Numbered from the whole stretch's first letter, positions 11,944-26,000 are shown. The stretch is 55,402 bases of DNA, filler included, from Catajapyx aquilonaris (GCA_000934665.2; 3 parts of 3 records of this genome joined end to end with filler, not necessarily neighbours in it), one strand, 5' to 3'. Translations and numbers: made by a program. Notes: generated by a model from the sequence alone, not told the origin.

Positions 11944-14628
11944 AGTGCCGGATTTAACTTGGCAGACCTGTGAGGGGGGGAGCTTAAAATATCCCCCCCC
12001 CCCCCCATGAGAATTAGGCCTACCTTCTCTATGATGTCTTTGTTCGTGCAAAATGACAGGGAGTGTCAGTTTTATTACAATTTATTGATTGTTGCTTGGT
12101 ATAAGCATGTGCCGAATTTCTTAAAATTTTGAATATGAAGGGTGACATCTGGAATTTCATCTGGAATTATTTTGGCCGTTCTGTTCTGGAATTACCCGAC
12201 CCTCGTCCCCAGTAGACGCTAGACTAGAAGTCAGTCAGGATTCCTAATTATTGAATTATTAAAGACACCTGAGTTCCCTGTGGTGTGATGGAACATCTCA
12301 TAATGGCTACATTCGGTATAATTCGCTATTTTTATCGGAGAGCAAACTAGTATCAATTTTTGATGGCCCTGCGAGATGAAGCCTAATATTGAGAATATTT
12401 TTAGAGAAGTAAATGTTCAATAATAAAAAAATGCATTTAAAACCATATCGGTGGTTCCAACATTTTCACTTCGGACTCTCGCTTTATAGGCTAATCGTGT
12501 TATTTATGATTGTTTAATAATATTGCAATTAAGACAAGAAACACCCAGGTATCTTGTCTATTTGCAGTGCAAAAAATTCGGCGATTTCAATGGCAAAGCC
12601 TGGGCATTACTTCCCGGCAAGCTAATTAAGTCACGTATTTCCCGAAAATTTCTGGCCTGACTCAGCTAGATTAGGCCATATTAATTCCCATCGTCTTGCC
12701 TCCTCTACCGTCTTCTCCTTTTCCTACCTCTTTTTCCACCTCAAATAGACGAGATAACTGGGTTTTGGACTTTGGTTCTGTCTTAATAACAATGAACGAA
12801 CATAAATAAGTCCATTGTAAAGCAATAGCCCGCCGCGAATGTTGGAACCATTGATAGTTAAATAGGCAATTTCTTTTGCTGGACCACTTACTTTCCAGAA
12901 AATTCATAATCCATAGTGCAAGGCCATAAAAATTCATCTTCTCCCTCGGGGAATGTAATTAAATACTAAATACTAAATACTGCGTAAGAAAGTAATTAGA
13001 TAAGTTACTAAATACTAAATACTTCAAAAGTATTTACATACTTAATTGTAAAAACATTTAAAAAACATTTTTTTGTTAATGTGCAACTAATTTCTTAATA
13101 TCATTCTTTGGATAAAAATAAGAAGACAACATATTTCTACTTTTATATCCATTCTATAATTAGGTTTCAGAATTAAGAGTTATGCAAATATAAATTAAAA
13201 GGGAGTTAGGGAAAGTATTTACGATAAGTACAGGGTGGACGGAAAGTTTCGGACCCCCCCAGGTTTTTAACCCTACTTTTCACAGCGTCTTTTCACATCT
13301 TTTAAAAGTCCACAAGCAGTTCTAATGTACACTATCTTTTGAAGCATAATCTTGAGAACATCCGAGCACCTTCGCTCTCGCAATTCCATTAATAACTTCG
13401 CCTCTGTGACTCATCTAAACATCCTATCTGCTTTGCGCTGATTTTGCTTGTTGCCTTGGAGGACACCTGGTCATATTCTGCGTCAGATCAGGTTTTTATC
13501 ACCCTTTTCCATGAGTTCCCCTTCATGCAAATGTTGTGAACTCACTCCTGACCTTATTTTTTGCATTGGTCCATAACCTGGTCCGATAAAAATTTGAAAA
13601 GGAATGCATGAAATAGCGAATTCAAAACATGTAGCATAGTAATTAACCACTTAGGCAGCACTTCCTATCCTTATTTAACAACCTGCAGTGAGGTGAAGGT
13701 AAATGGTCAGTTGGTTCTCAAGAAATAAATGAGAGTGTCAAGTGCTGCACACCCACGCAGTGTAATATATGAGGTGAAAAGTGCCAATTGCAGAAAGGTA
13801 GGTCCAAAAAACCCAGATTTTACCCCTATTGACTTTTTTGTGGAGATACATGTTGTATGGTGAAAAGATCCGGCATCTCCAGCACACACGGGATAAGATT
13901 TCAACGGTAACGCCAGACATGACTGAGCGGGTTAGGCACGACATACACCTATCACCATAACATTTGCTGAGCGACAAATTGAGACCATATCGAAACAAAC
14001 TTTGGTAAGACCAAAACGTTAGACATTTCTTAACTTTTCAAAACTTAAACCATTTAGATATGTCTACAAGTTTTCGAGTTATAGCCTTATAGGGTTTCAA
14101 ATTTGGGATATTCTTTTTCGATGACCCAGTACTATACGGATGTTTCACTGCATATGGACAACACCCAATCAACTAATGCTAAATCAATAATTCTCTTATT
14201 GTCGTCACATTTTACTGTAGAATTGTTCCAGTGTGACTTGACTCCTATACTGTGCTGTAGGGGATGTAGGGCATCCGGTCTGTACAAACTGCATCTTCCA
14301 TTAGTGACTAAATATTTTCCTGCTATAAATTAGAAATGTATTGGTTGTAGGCCTACCCGATATAGTTGGTTATAGTCTGAAGATTAGGAATTTGTTAGCT
14401 TCCCGCAGCAAAAATGTGATGTCCATAAAGTAAATTTCAACTGGAGTGAGGGACAGCTGATAAGATATGGTGATAATTTTTTACTCTCCGGGTGCACGCA
14501 AGGCAGTTCTATTATCAACTTCATTCGTTAATGACAGATTTTAGCAGCCACTCCCTAAATATCTAAGTAATTATGACCGCTATGTTCATAACGAATCGTT
14601 TAGAATTTTAATCATGAACCCCTGGCCC

Positions 14629-15110
14629 TACAATCACATTCAACGGTGGTTCCAGACGTTTCAGACGACGTGATGCCTTTGCAAGGGCCAGGGTACGGGA
14701 TGTCCGCGTGTGTCTGAGGAGAGAGCCGAGAGTGTGATGGTGGCTTGTGGCCTCCAAGGTCTCCTGACCTCACCCCGTGTGACATTTTTTCTCTGGGGGG
14801 GGGGGGGGGTGTGTAANGGTGTGTAAAGGACCAGATCTTCGTACCACCGCTACCTACCAGCCTGTGTGAGTTGAAATGCAGGATTGTTGCTGCTGTGGAA
14901 TCAATCACACCCAGACATGCTGGCCAGGGTGTGGAGAGAATTGGACTATCGTGTCGTGTGACGAAAGGTACTCATATTGAGCACTTGTAGTGTGTGCAAT
15001 AAAAACTTCAAAATGTGCCCTTTCGTTCTATGTCTGTCTTGTCATTGCACACCGCAACTAATAGAAATTAAGCAACTTTCAAAAGTTGACAATCATTTAG
15101 GGACACCCTG
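14629..15110 (+). mobile_element. Truncated Tc1/mariner derivative (same family as 22603-23345)
   Basis: WPPRSPDLTPCD motif remnant; right TIR ...gacaatcatttagggacaccctg|TA near-identical to 23230-23345. Confidence 0.85.
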
Positions 15111-15417
15111 TAAATATAGGTGCTCCTCCACAAGGGTCATGGTAGGGTCAGTGGCTGGGGGAAGGGCACCGGATGCAGTGGGGTGGTCAGAAGAAGGGGA
15201 GGACAGGAAGGGACTGATTGGGAGGGGGAAGATGGTAAAAGAGGTCGTTGACCGGCATAGAGGTCACAGCCCAAGTTCTCAATTTTCCAGGACTTTCCTG
15301 GGCACGTAGCAATCCCTCTACGCTCTACCTACTTTTACGCCATAAACCACACAGAATGAGGAATAACCCAAATATATGCTGTACCTGGTACAATACTGCC
15401 CTTTCCTGCTGGCTACA

Positions 15418-15570
15418 GCCGGCGCTGCGCTGGTGGTTAGCACGCTCGCCTCTAGACCCAAAGTTGTGGGTTCGAACCCGGCCGATGTCGGTGACTTTTC
15501 TCCGGGTGGTAGGAAAGTGAGAGTGCGCCTTCCTTCGGAGGGGAAGTAAAGCCGTCGCGCCGAACATGCT
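15418..15570 (+). mobile_element. tRNA-derived SINE fragment
   Basis: ctggtggttagc A box, gggttcgaaccc B box, followed by ccttcggaggggaagtaaagccgtcg body. Confidence 0.65.
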
Positions 15571-15992
15571 CTGATTCATTAATTTATGAAGTAATATGGG
15601 AAATTAAGTAGTTTTTTGTGACAAAAATCCTATTTCTGGAGAAAAAACCTCGATAGTAATGAAATAATATTTTCCAGAAGAGAGGTGCAAATTTGGTATC
15701 TAACTAAGAAATAATTAGGCCTACTGTAATTAAAGTCTAGTTCTCTTTAATGTTTTCAACTGAAATTTACATGTAATGATGATGAAAGGCAGGTGAAGAG
15801 ATTCCTTATAATCAATTTGTGGGAATTAGTCCTAATTTTAACAAATATCCATTCATTGATAGTAGTAATGACGTTTTTCTAGTAAACACTACTGATACAG
15901 TACTACTTCTAACAATAACATGCCACTTTCTGAAAAATAATAATTTTTTAAAGTTTAAATTTAATTACATGTTAACATGATTTCACACAATT

Positions 15993-17295
15993 TTACTGAG
16001 AATTATAAGTTTCCCAGGGTTCTTCATCAGAACTTTCTTCTGTTTCACTTGAAAATTCTTGCTCCTCTGTTTCACATTCATCTTCTATATTTGAAGCTTC
16101 AGAAGGCAGCAAGAGTCCTACAGTCTCTTCCAAAAAAGGCTGAGTGGTTTTTCTTGGGATAGATCTCATTCCAGTCAAAAAAAGGATCAGATATTGACAA
16201 ACTGGTGGAGCAACGCGGTGCTAGCATCCCTCGGGTATATCAAGAGGAGCCTGATGTTCAACACATCTACATTGCAGGACTCCCTGGAAAACTTTCTGGA
16301 GTGGGATAACCGATATGCCCGGAAGTGCTTATTATTCCTTGCTTCAGCAGCTTCTTCTGAGAGTTGTCCAATGGGCAAAAAGGCTATTACGGTTGCCCCG
16401 TGAGTCAAAATCTTGTTCATTGTTGGAGACATTGGATGCCATGGATACTCTTCTACATAGAGTTTTGCTGTGTCCATGGCATAAGCAGCAAACTTCTCTG
16501 TGTCAATTTTGTGTCCAGATGCCATTGCTTCCAGGATAACCTTCAAACGATAAATGAGCTGAACATTTAGACCTGTCATTTCAGCTGCGAGCTCAGGGTC
16601 TGCAAAAAATCTACTAGTGTTTCCATCATTGGTATTACCATAGCCAGCCTTTGGAACGTCTACAATCAGACCAATTCTGTTCCTAAAGTCTTCTTGAAGC
16701 ATGGCTTTTCCGCTTTTCACTGCATTTGTGTCATATTTCTCAGAATTGCCATTTCTTGACTTCCAGTTTGTAGGAGAGGTGTAAGAGGCTCTCAAACAAC
16801 CGGACGCGTGCATGTAAGATTGAGAGACCAAACTGGAAGGTACTTGGATCCTCTCCTCTCCTTTTCGTCAAATTGTTAAAATCTTTCGATGTGGCTCCAC
16901 AGATGTAGGCATGTAGCACTTCATTGTACTTGTAGATGCTGTATGTGTTGCAGCATTACACACTTTGGCATCGACCATTGTCAACATCATGCTGCGCTTC
17001 ACGGTTTTTATTTTATGTCCCTCAATCCTAGTTTCCTTCAATTTGTGTATTTGGCATTTTATATAGTCGATCTCCTGTCTTGTTATGTCAGCACTTTCCT
17101 TCACAACCCTTATTCGAATGGCCTACAGTACCGAGGAGAAGATGGTGTAGGATTTTTCCATATAACTTTTTTGTTTCCATCATTCCCATAAACTAATTGT
17201 AAGGGTACTAAGGAGCTTTGAAAAATGTAGGCGTCAGAGTCGTCCTGGTTCTCAAATTTTTGCTTGAACTGTGCCTGCTGCGACCCATCACAGAA
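15993..17295 (-). pseudogene. Transib transposase (RAG1-core homolog) remnant with frameshifts
   Basis: Motifs across frames: CDGSQ...IFQSSLVPL...WKNPTPSSPRYCRPI, MVDAKVCNA, GYGNTNDGNTSRFF, YPWHPMSPT.NKILTHG, IGQLSEEAAEARN, SRKFSR; acidic C-terminal tail. Confidence 0.9.
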
Positions 17296-18341
17296 TTATT
17301 ATTTGTGCCATTTGTGTAGTTGGAGTTTTCACTCCCTACACTGGCATTTGGGGCTGATCGCTCGTGATTTTATGACAAAGGAAAGCAACAAAGGAGAGGG
17401 ATGCACAACCGAAAATATCATGTGGGAGTGGGAGTGGGGAGGTGATGAAGGAGAATGTGGGGATTTTGGAGGAAGATTTCACAATATAGGTCCATTATGA
17501 TAGTGTTAATTTTTCACAAACACTAGAAAAATGCAAATCAGTTATGTAAAAGCAAAATATGCAAATGACATAATTATTTCGAAACAGCCAAACTAACAGT
17601 AGTATAATAGGCTCCTTACCTGGAGGCAGCTCCATAATTGATGGGGCGAGATGTCCGTGTCAGGAATGTTTCCAGTTTACGACTCCTTAAGTGGGCTTTA
17701 CATAGTCCGACACAGATTCGGCCATCGAACCCTCTGTGTAAAGGACATTCCGTGTATATGATATGACGTCGAAGCCATGGAGGCCATCTTTGGTCTCCTA
17801 GGCTGGTCGGAGAGGGGAGAGTGGGAGGGTGACAACGTCAAAGTGACTCTCTGAAGGAACAGTCTGACAGAACCCGGCTCTCTGAATGTTGTGGGAGTTT
17901 TCCCTTCGGAGTATTCGGACTCCCTGACCAAGGAGTGTCCCAGACCTCACCCCCCCCCNCCCCCTCTGTCCACACCAGCACCTCCACTCCACAAAAATCT
18001 CTACCCAGTCTACCCAGCCACCAGCACCTCATCACCATCACCCAGAGGTGGGGGTCTGGGGACATCGAAGAGCAGACTCGGAGAGCATCAATGCAAGACG
18101 TGACGACATACTCTTCAAATTAATACAGGAAATTAATTGAAGACCTCGGGGAAAGACCAATCAAGGTCCACCTCAGGTGAAACTAAGATATTCCAATTTC
18201 AAATTTCGAAGGCCCATAAGGTTCAATTGTAAATCCCACTTTCGGGGCCATTCACAGTGACGTATGATTTGCGTATGATCATACTCCACAACCACGACTA
18301 AAACATCATATTCTACGCTAGTGGCAGTTTCTTCTGAAATA

Positions 18342-18435
18342 CGAGGGTCGTCCAATAAGTTCTGAGCCTGATGTTGAAAGACGTGTTTGATGGTCAAAAT
18401 TTTATTACGACTTTTCGACGTAGTCACCTTGAACC
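18342..18435. mobile_element. Mariner-type terminus running into the gap
   Basis: TA|cgagggtcgtccaataagtt, a typical mariner TIR start; partner end not seen. Confidence 0.45.
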
Positions 18436-18535
18436 NNNNNNNNNNNNNNNNNNNNNNNNNNNNNNNNNNNNNNNNNNNNTTAATTAATTAANNNNNNNNN
18501 NNNNNNNNNNNNNNNNNNNNNNNNNNNNNNNNNNN
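18436..18535. other. Assembly gap with artificial TTAATTAATTAA linker
   Basis: 44 N + ttaattaattaa + 44 N; identical structure at 36912-37011. Confidence 0.95.
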
Positions 18536-18919
18536 GCAGATGTGGAAGATCAACGGTCACTGGACAGAGAAAGAAACTCCAGCTGGAGAGGGCCAGTCTG
18601 GAGGAACTGGAGAAAGAAGAAAAAGAAGTCCACGTTGGAATGGGAGCATATTGTTAGGAACGAGATATTTCTCGTTCTCTTTAAGGGGGGAAGATTGTAG
18701 TGTCCTGGCTACCAGGTTGTTGTCTGTTGCCCTGGTTGCCAGGACACTGATGTTGTTGATGTTCGATAAATGTTAGTTGTTGTTCTACCGTCCTCCTGGA
18801 CGGATGTGCTGTACCTATTGTCATGAATAGAGTCCACAGTGGTGGTTTTACCCTTTCCCCCGGCGTGTTTCCGTGTGTTATTTGGTGGTGTCTCTTACGC
18901 CTCATCGTGAGGCACTACA
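18536..18919 (+). mobile_element. 3' end of an LTR retrotransposon (Gypsy-like): polypurine tract plus 224-bp LTR
   Basis: Polypurine tract aaggggggaaga, then LTR 18696-18919 bounded by TGTAGTG...CACTACA (7-bp inverted termini). Confidence 0.65.
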
Positions 18920-19308
18920 CATTTATATTACCATGTCCTGCCAGTCAAGGTGTACCCGTTGGGAGTATAAAAGCATTCAAAGAATATTCCCCCTGCAACA
19001 TTACATTTCAACACGTTGAACTATTATTACTTCACATACTTGCCATGCTGATTGAATCGTCTGTCCTATCGTGACATCCGATGCATTTTTGATGACACCT
19101 GATACAAATTGCATCATTATTATTACGTGAAGTATGCTGTGCAGTCCATAGATGTCCACCTGAGTTTACTGCCACAGCGTATAGCATCAGTTGCTTTTGA
19201 TGCATCTAGAATTTCCTCGAAACTAGAGTTTATTAGCTAAAACAGTTTGTTTTCGTCACATTGTTAAGTTGCAGTAGGTGAGATTGTTCCGTAATAAATT
19301 CGGCTTTA

Positions 19309-19679
19309 GCGGGGGAGGTGTTGTGGCCGAGATGGTAACGTCTCGGCCAAAGTCTCGGCTTGCTGATCGAAAGGTCCCGGGTTCGATCCCCGCCCCTAGG
19401 ATTTCCATTTCGTCTGCGTCAGGATCAGGAGGGTCTCTTGCCCGCACCTTGGAGGTGTATGCGGCAACCTGACCTCCTGGGGGACTGCACATGGCCCAGC
19501 GCTTGACATTGCACTTGCACCCGTGACCACTCCCCCGAAAATCCCTTTTCTTACCCTACGTCATTGACTACCTGCACCGGAGAGCGAAGTAAAAACCATA
19601 TATACTAGAAAACTGATGGTGGTCTGCCACCCCCCTATAACGACTTCCAGTTGTATCACGGGGTAATAATTTTTAAAAT
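19309..19679 (+). mobile_element. tRNA-derived SINE (diverged member of the 32556/48040 family)
   Basis: A box tggccgagatgg, B box ggttcgatccc, tail cacggggtaa; 11-bp TSD attcggcttta (19298-19308 / 19680-19690). Confidence 0.85.
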
Positions 19680-19779
19680 ATTCGGCTTTAAGAATGCCGC
19701 ATGCATATTTTATGGGGCATGCCATGGCCACGATAATTTATTAGAGTAAGTTAATAATACACTATATCGTAATTTTCAG

Positions 19780-20009
19780 TTCTAAGGATGGAGATGGAGG
19801 GCCAGAGTCCAGAGGAAAGTACACACCATCCACACCATCACAGGATGAGTCTTGGCGGCATAGGCAACCGGAGGATCTGGATAGGAAGACTCAGGAGGAT
19901 CAAAGGGACCGCGATAGACGAGCTGGAAGGAAGAATCTTGAGAAGGGATACGCCAGAGGACCTCCGCGTTATCATGTCAATCCGTTCCAGCCCCCTGCCC
20001 CCTATCCGG
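19780..20009 (+). CDS. Sec16-like exon A (R/D/E-rich: ...EDLDRKTQEDQRDRDRRAGRK...), ending at a candidate cryptic donor
   Basis: acceptor aattttcag|; open frame; G|GTAGGC donor in phase 1; ancestral donor at 20307 lies beyond a MITE. Confidence 0.55.
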
Positions 20010-23000
20010 GTAGGCCTACTGATAATCGCTACTATCAAGTCCGCGACAATTGAAGAGCACAGGGGAAAAACGGGGAATGTCACAGAAAAAAATCTCCATG
20101 AAAAATCGAAGAAATAGCTTTATTTCTTCACGTGTCTAAAGAATAATAGGGATATCTTCACGTCATTATATGCAACTGTCACCCTTGTACCCATGGAAAG
20201 CCTCCAAGTATAAGTGTCACCTATGCTACTATTGTACTGTGCACTTGGCAGGAACCCCCAACGGAATGTGACATTCCCCGTTTTTCCCCTGTGCTCTAAT
20301 CCCCATGGTGAGTTAATTAGTGAACATTTTCTAGTGTAGATGCATGTGCATAACTTATGTGTAGGATTAGAATGATTGAAAGATTTTCTGAATTTTGCTG
20401 GGTGTACGGAAGCGATCCAGACTAACTTTAAAGGTTGCATCATATCGAGAAAGAGCGTCACGTTAGAGAAGTGATACCATGGGTTCCAGTTTAATATTAG
20501 GCCAAGCCCAGTGTTTGGAGTGCAGGGTTGTCAAGTTCCGGAAATATATTGTTGCAACACCTGCCATCAGGCGCCAGTGAATTAAAAGAGGTCATTCGTA
20601 ATAATGTCTGAAACTCAGATATCCCATACAACTCAGTGAATCAATCCTATGTATACTGGCATACAAATAAATGATCCATGTAGCCATTTACAAGAAATTA
20701 ATTAAAATAAGCAATTTTTATCAAAACAATTACGAACATCTTCATTGCATCACCCAGTGCACTGACTCATTATCATAATATTATAGTATCATACAACTAC
20801 AAGTACTCGTACAACCTTGAAAGGTACAGTAGTACTGTACTACATGCCTACATATGGCTGGAATGTCTGCTGTCTTGGACCACACATTGGAAGGCGTCTA
20901 AAATTTTAATACGCCGATGTCTGACCCGAAATACAGACTAGTGACATACCGGCAACTGTAATTTTCACTCAGAGCACATATTAATTAAATGAGAATTTCC
21001 AACATTTAAAGATACACAATAATTTTATGGTTTTGCCAGGGCGGCATTCAGACATGTCGAATTCGATATTAGCATATCCAGACATCTAACACGCCGTTAG
21101 TTGCCAGGAAATCATTGTTAGATGGTGTCGGGGAAAACCATATTGCAAAATGCAGCATACAGTAATAGCCTATTGGCGAGGATATTGTGGTGGGGGTAGG
21201 AGGGGGGATTAATTTTGTTACACTACATAATTTATTATTATACAATCTTCATTAAGGAGAAATAAGTCCAAGATACTTTCGAGATTATATCAAAAGCAAA
21301 GATTTGAGCTTGCACTATTTTACGTATAGGTCTAGGCTACTAGTGAATACAGGAAATTCTGAGTTGCTCTATCATTATGAATCTTTAAGACTAAAATGGA
21401 CTTCCTCAAACGACAGAGAGTTAATATCAGTTAATATGCCTGGCTAATTGGTGTTGGAAATTTACTGCAAACCTCCAAAATTGAACTCTGTAGATTTCTC
21501 CTGTATGCCGATGATATTAAAATCCAATCATTTCCGTAATGAGGCAGATCATGCCAGGCCACCCTATACATAGAGTTAACCTTACAGTTCGTAAAAATAC
21601 AACCTTTCAGGTTTAACCTATCATTACTGAAGACTTCAGGTACGGAACAATAAAAAAAATGTTAATCAACATCAATACATTTAAAAGAATACACATTGAA
21701 TAATTGTAACACTGTGCTGTTTCGATTTGGAAATACAACCAACCCATAATCCTTTTGGCAATCTTCATGAAGGATATTCCTTAAATGGAAATTCCAGCCA
21801 GGTTGATGTGGTGTTACCGAATAAAAAGGTTTGTTTGTGTATGCATGCTGGGCACAGTAGGTTACAATACATGTATATTGCAAACGAACAGGTGGCACGA
21901 AATAGCTACGTAAAGGTCAAATGAGAGATTTCAAAATGTGAGACACTGTGAGCAAGCAGCACACAGAAAAGAACATGTGTTTCTAGAAAACAGCAGAATT
22001 AGCAGTATACAAAGTAAGCTTGATTTTTATCTCGGTCATCTAAACCAAAGCAGCCGCAGCAATATAGGTCAGGAAAAAACGACCGGGTACTGTAGCAAAA
22101 ATGTTTTGGAGGGAGGTGAAGGTTTAGAATAAAATATAACCGAAAATATCAGACTGCTACAATATCGGAAACGACATTTTCTGCCCAAATAAAACAATGG
22201 GCTTCTGGAGATGCAGATGCGACACATGAATTCACAACCTCAATTTGCGCCACGAATATTCGAACTGCTTGCGAGCAAAGGTAAAAGGTCATGTCTGCAA
22301 TACTCTCACTTGAAGCATTTTCAATGACCGCTGAAGCAAAATTAATGAAATACTAATATAATGTAGTCTATTAGAAATCGGACCAAACAGCACAAGTATA
22401 TAGGCTACATGTTCTAAGTGTATCGTATTATTATACCACATTTATATACAGTAAGTGTTACATTATAGACTCAGTATGGGTGGAATTTTCGTCCCACTGA
22501 GAGCTAGTTACTGCTAACTTATCAATGCCATGGCCAACACTGGTACTGCTAAGTGTTAGCAGTAGGACGAAAGTTCCACCCTATATATTTTAGAATATTA
22601 TACAGGGTGTCCCTAAATGATTGTCAACATTTGAAAGTTGCTTAATTTCTATTAGTTGCGGTGTGCAATGACAAGACAGACATAGAACGAAAGACCACAT
22701 TTGGGAGTTTTTATTGCACACACTACAAGTGCTCAATATGAGCACCTTTCGTCACACGACATGATAGTCTAATTCTCTACACAGGCCAGCATGTCTGGTG
22801 TGATTGATTCCACAGCAGCAACAATCCCGCGTTTCAACTCACACAGGCTGGTAGGTAGCCGTGGTACGAAGACCTGGTCCTTTACATATACCCCCAGAGG
22901 AAAAAGTCACATGGGGTGAGGTCGGGAGACCTTGGCGGCCACTGGAGAAAAACCAGATCTTACTGACAGGCATGTCCAATCCGCCGATCCTTGCCCTTGC

Positions 23001-26000
23001 AAAGGCATCCTGTCGTCTGAAACTTCTGGAACCACCGTTGAATGTGATTGTAGATTTGTAGGGAGGGGTGTAACGTCGTCCGTACTGTCGCCGGAAGGCC
23101 TGCTGAACAGTAACTACCGAACCAAGCTTTGCAAACTGCAGGACACGGAATGTTTTCTGTTCGGGAGACATCATTTTGTGTAGTGGCCCTGTGTGCCTTG
23201 CGGCAAAGTGCGGAACCAACTTTTCTGTGTGCAATAAAAACTCCCAAATGTGGTCTTTCGTTCTATGTATGTCTTGTCATTGCACACCGCAACTAATAGA
23301 AATTAAGCAACTTTCAAAAGTTGACAATCATTTAGGGACACCCTGTATTATACTAATTATTATGCCATGCTCATTATACTATTATGATAAAATAATCTAC
23401 TTATTGCAGTATTATAATACTTGTAATATTACCATACATTAATAATTATAACATAACTATTAATGTGCCATGTAATAATATTTTATTAGTTGTATTGTAT
23501 TTTTAGCATTATATTTGATAGAAGCCACGTCAAAGACATCATGAAGAACTTACTGTTCATGCACAATGAGAGAAGTTTAGCCATATTTGATCCGCCATCT
23601 TGAATATAGCAATTTTATTGGTAGATTTGAAATCTACGACCTAAAATATCCCATTTTGCAAAATTTCAATTAAATCCGATGATATTTTCGTGTTTTGACC
23701 GTATTTTTTGCAATCCGCCACACTGTGGTTTGTGGTTATGAATTTATCTAAGGCTTACAAGCATTTTGAGCTTACTCGCAATTCCGGTTCTGCGTTTCAT
23801 TGTATAGGCCAAGAAAAAAATCGATGAAAATAACGGCCTCCTTTCATTTCAATTAATGCAGAGTTCCGTGTTTGATATTAATTTTATTTTGATTTCCTGC
23901 TCAGGTCATGCATTTAATTGAATGATTGTTAAACTTAATACTCTTCGGAGTAAAATAATTTTAAAAGTATACGGTATATAGCGTTGCTAGCATTCAATTA
24001 CATATACAGTATGTTAACAATCTAACCTTTATGGTGCATCTCGGCCTATATGTAACATTTTCGGATCTTCAATAATATTATTGGTTTTTTAAAATCTTAC
24101 GGCGAGCAAGATAATGGCTTATAATAAGGCCGGATTAATACCGACTGCTAGTGCTTCATGAAGCACATGACGCACTAGCACAATAAACTTTCATTGATTT
24201 CAGATACCTTTTACGAGATTATGCTCTAATCACGATTTTCTAATTTACCTCTAGATCGGCCAAAGGATTTACATCTAGCGCAATGCGAAGGATACAACTT
24301 CCATTACCAGGCGCCGCAGCGCAAAAATCCGGAGGCCTACGATCGCATGCTAGGAACTAGGTTCCAATGCCCTATGCACAAGGAGGGATTCGACACAAGT
24401 CGTAAAAACAATTCAGACATCCCCGAGCATATCAGATCAAAAGATCCCAAAGGGGGACAGCACCAAAATGATTGTGGCCGCCAGCAGCAAGATGGGGTGG
24501 GAGTAGGTCCTGACACTCCTGAGCATGCTGATAAGGCAGTCGACCCCCAGAGGAAGGGTTCGGAAAACACCCGGCAACCCAGGTGAGGAGTTGTGTTCGA
24601 AAGTGACATGCTGGAATATATTAATAAATTGGGATGTATATGTTAGGGTGTCATATTATAGTACGGTACCTGAAAGAAACTCTCTGTAAGCGACGCTTCA
24701 TTAATTATTTTTCCTCGAATCGCGACATCAGGTAATGCTCACATTTCGATAAACTGACTCAAGGGGTTAACCACTTCGGTACTCCGATGTACACCTGCAG
24801 TGGTACTCCCAGGTACTCTCCTTAAGGTTGCGATTCAGCTGAAGCCCCAATTTTCTTCCAATTTTCAAGCAATATTTAAAATCAACCGTTCCATTTACAT
24901 CTTTAATCATGTCAGATAACGTTAACATCACTTCTTAGAAGTGTGTTGTACCGGGTGTCGTTTCAAAATTAATATATTTAACATGATTAAATCTGCCGCA
25001 AAGTAAGCTCTGAAATAAATTTTGTCGCAATAGTTATGCTGAACAATTATTTATGAGAAAAAAGTCCCGATAGTGTCGTTGCGTAAAGAAAGCTGTTCTT
25101 AATGTTTCGTAAGGTATATTGTAACATACAGTATATCATGTTATTATAATTATTAAAAAATGAAAACCAATTTCCTAGCCAATTAAGATGAAATGTTTTT
25201 TCCACAAGTTGAATACTGGAATTAATTTTCCAAATAAATATATAAGAAGCCACGAAAGATATGGAACAATATTATATTTATTTTATTTAATATATGTCTA
25301 GTACAAGATTGTTAAACTACATAATGTCGTCAGATAATTCTGCATGGATTTAGCTCTGCGTGTACAGATTATTGAACGAAATTTTCCTATATTTTGCGGA
25401 AGTTCAATATCTTTCTAGTGACCCATACTGAAATAATAAATGAAGGTATTAATGTCAGGGTAATTATTTTAATAATTTTGGGGGACTTTTTGGCTAGTCT
25501 GACAGACAGTGCCATCTGGGTGAGATGTCCCCGTTTAGTCTCCCCCCCCCCACCCCCTTGACCACTGTGCTTGCTAATGCACCTTGAAGAAAGAGTGGAA
25601 AGGGTCAACCCTTTTCTCTCTCACCCCTTTATGACCCTCTTGGGGGCACACACTGACCCTTCTATTCAATATTTCTCCCAATTCCCTTCCATGCTCCAAG
25701 ACAGCCAAGCTCTCATACTTGGGCTATGGCAATAAGAAACAAAAAATCGTATTTTGCCGACATAAAGACAGTACAACCCAAAGTTATCATGAATCAGACA
25801 TTGGCAAAAAAACAATGAGTTGATTTAAGAATAGCCCGAGTAATGAAGGTCACTTAGCATTTCCCTGCACCCTCGATATGGAGGTATATGATTATTAACG
25901 TTTTGAGCATAATTACTTCTCACATACCTTATAGCTCCAGATGTGAAAATGCCACACATATGCAAGTAAATCTGTACAGTATAATTATGTTTGTGCTGGG

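Noticed and set aside
18480..18491. TTAATTAATTAA motif inside N runs (also 36956-36967)
   Set aside because: Identical artificial scaffold linker with stops in all frames; not biological
19788..20117. 109-aa ATG ORF overlapping exon A
   Set aside because: Different frame from the phase-compatible exon reading and runs into MITE sequence
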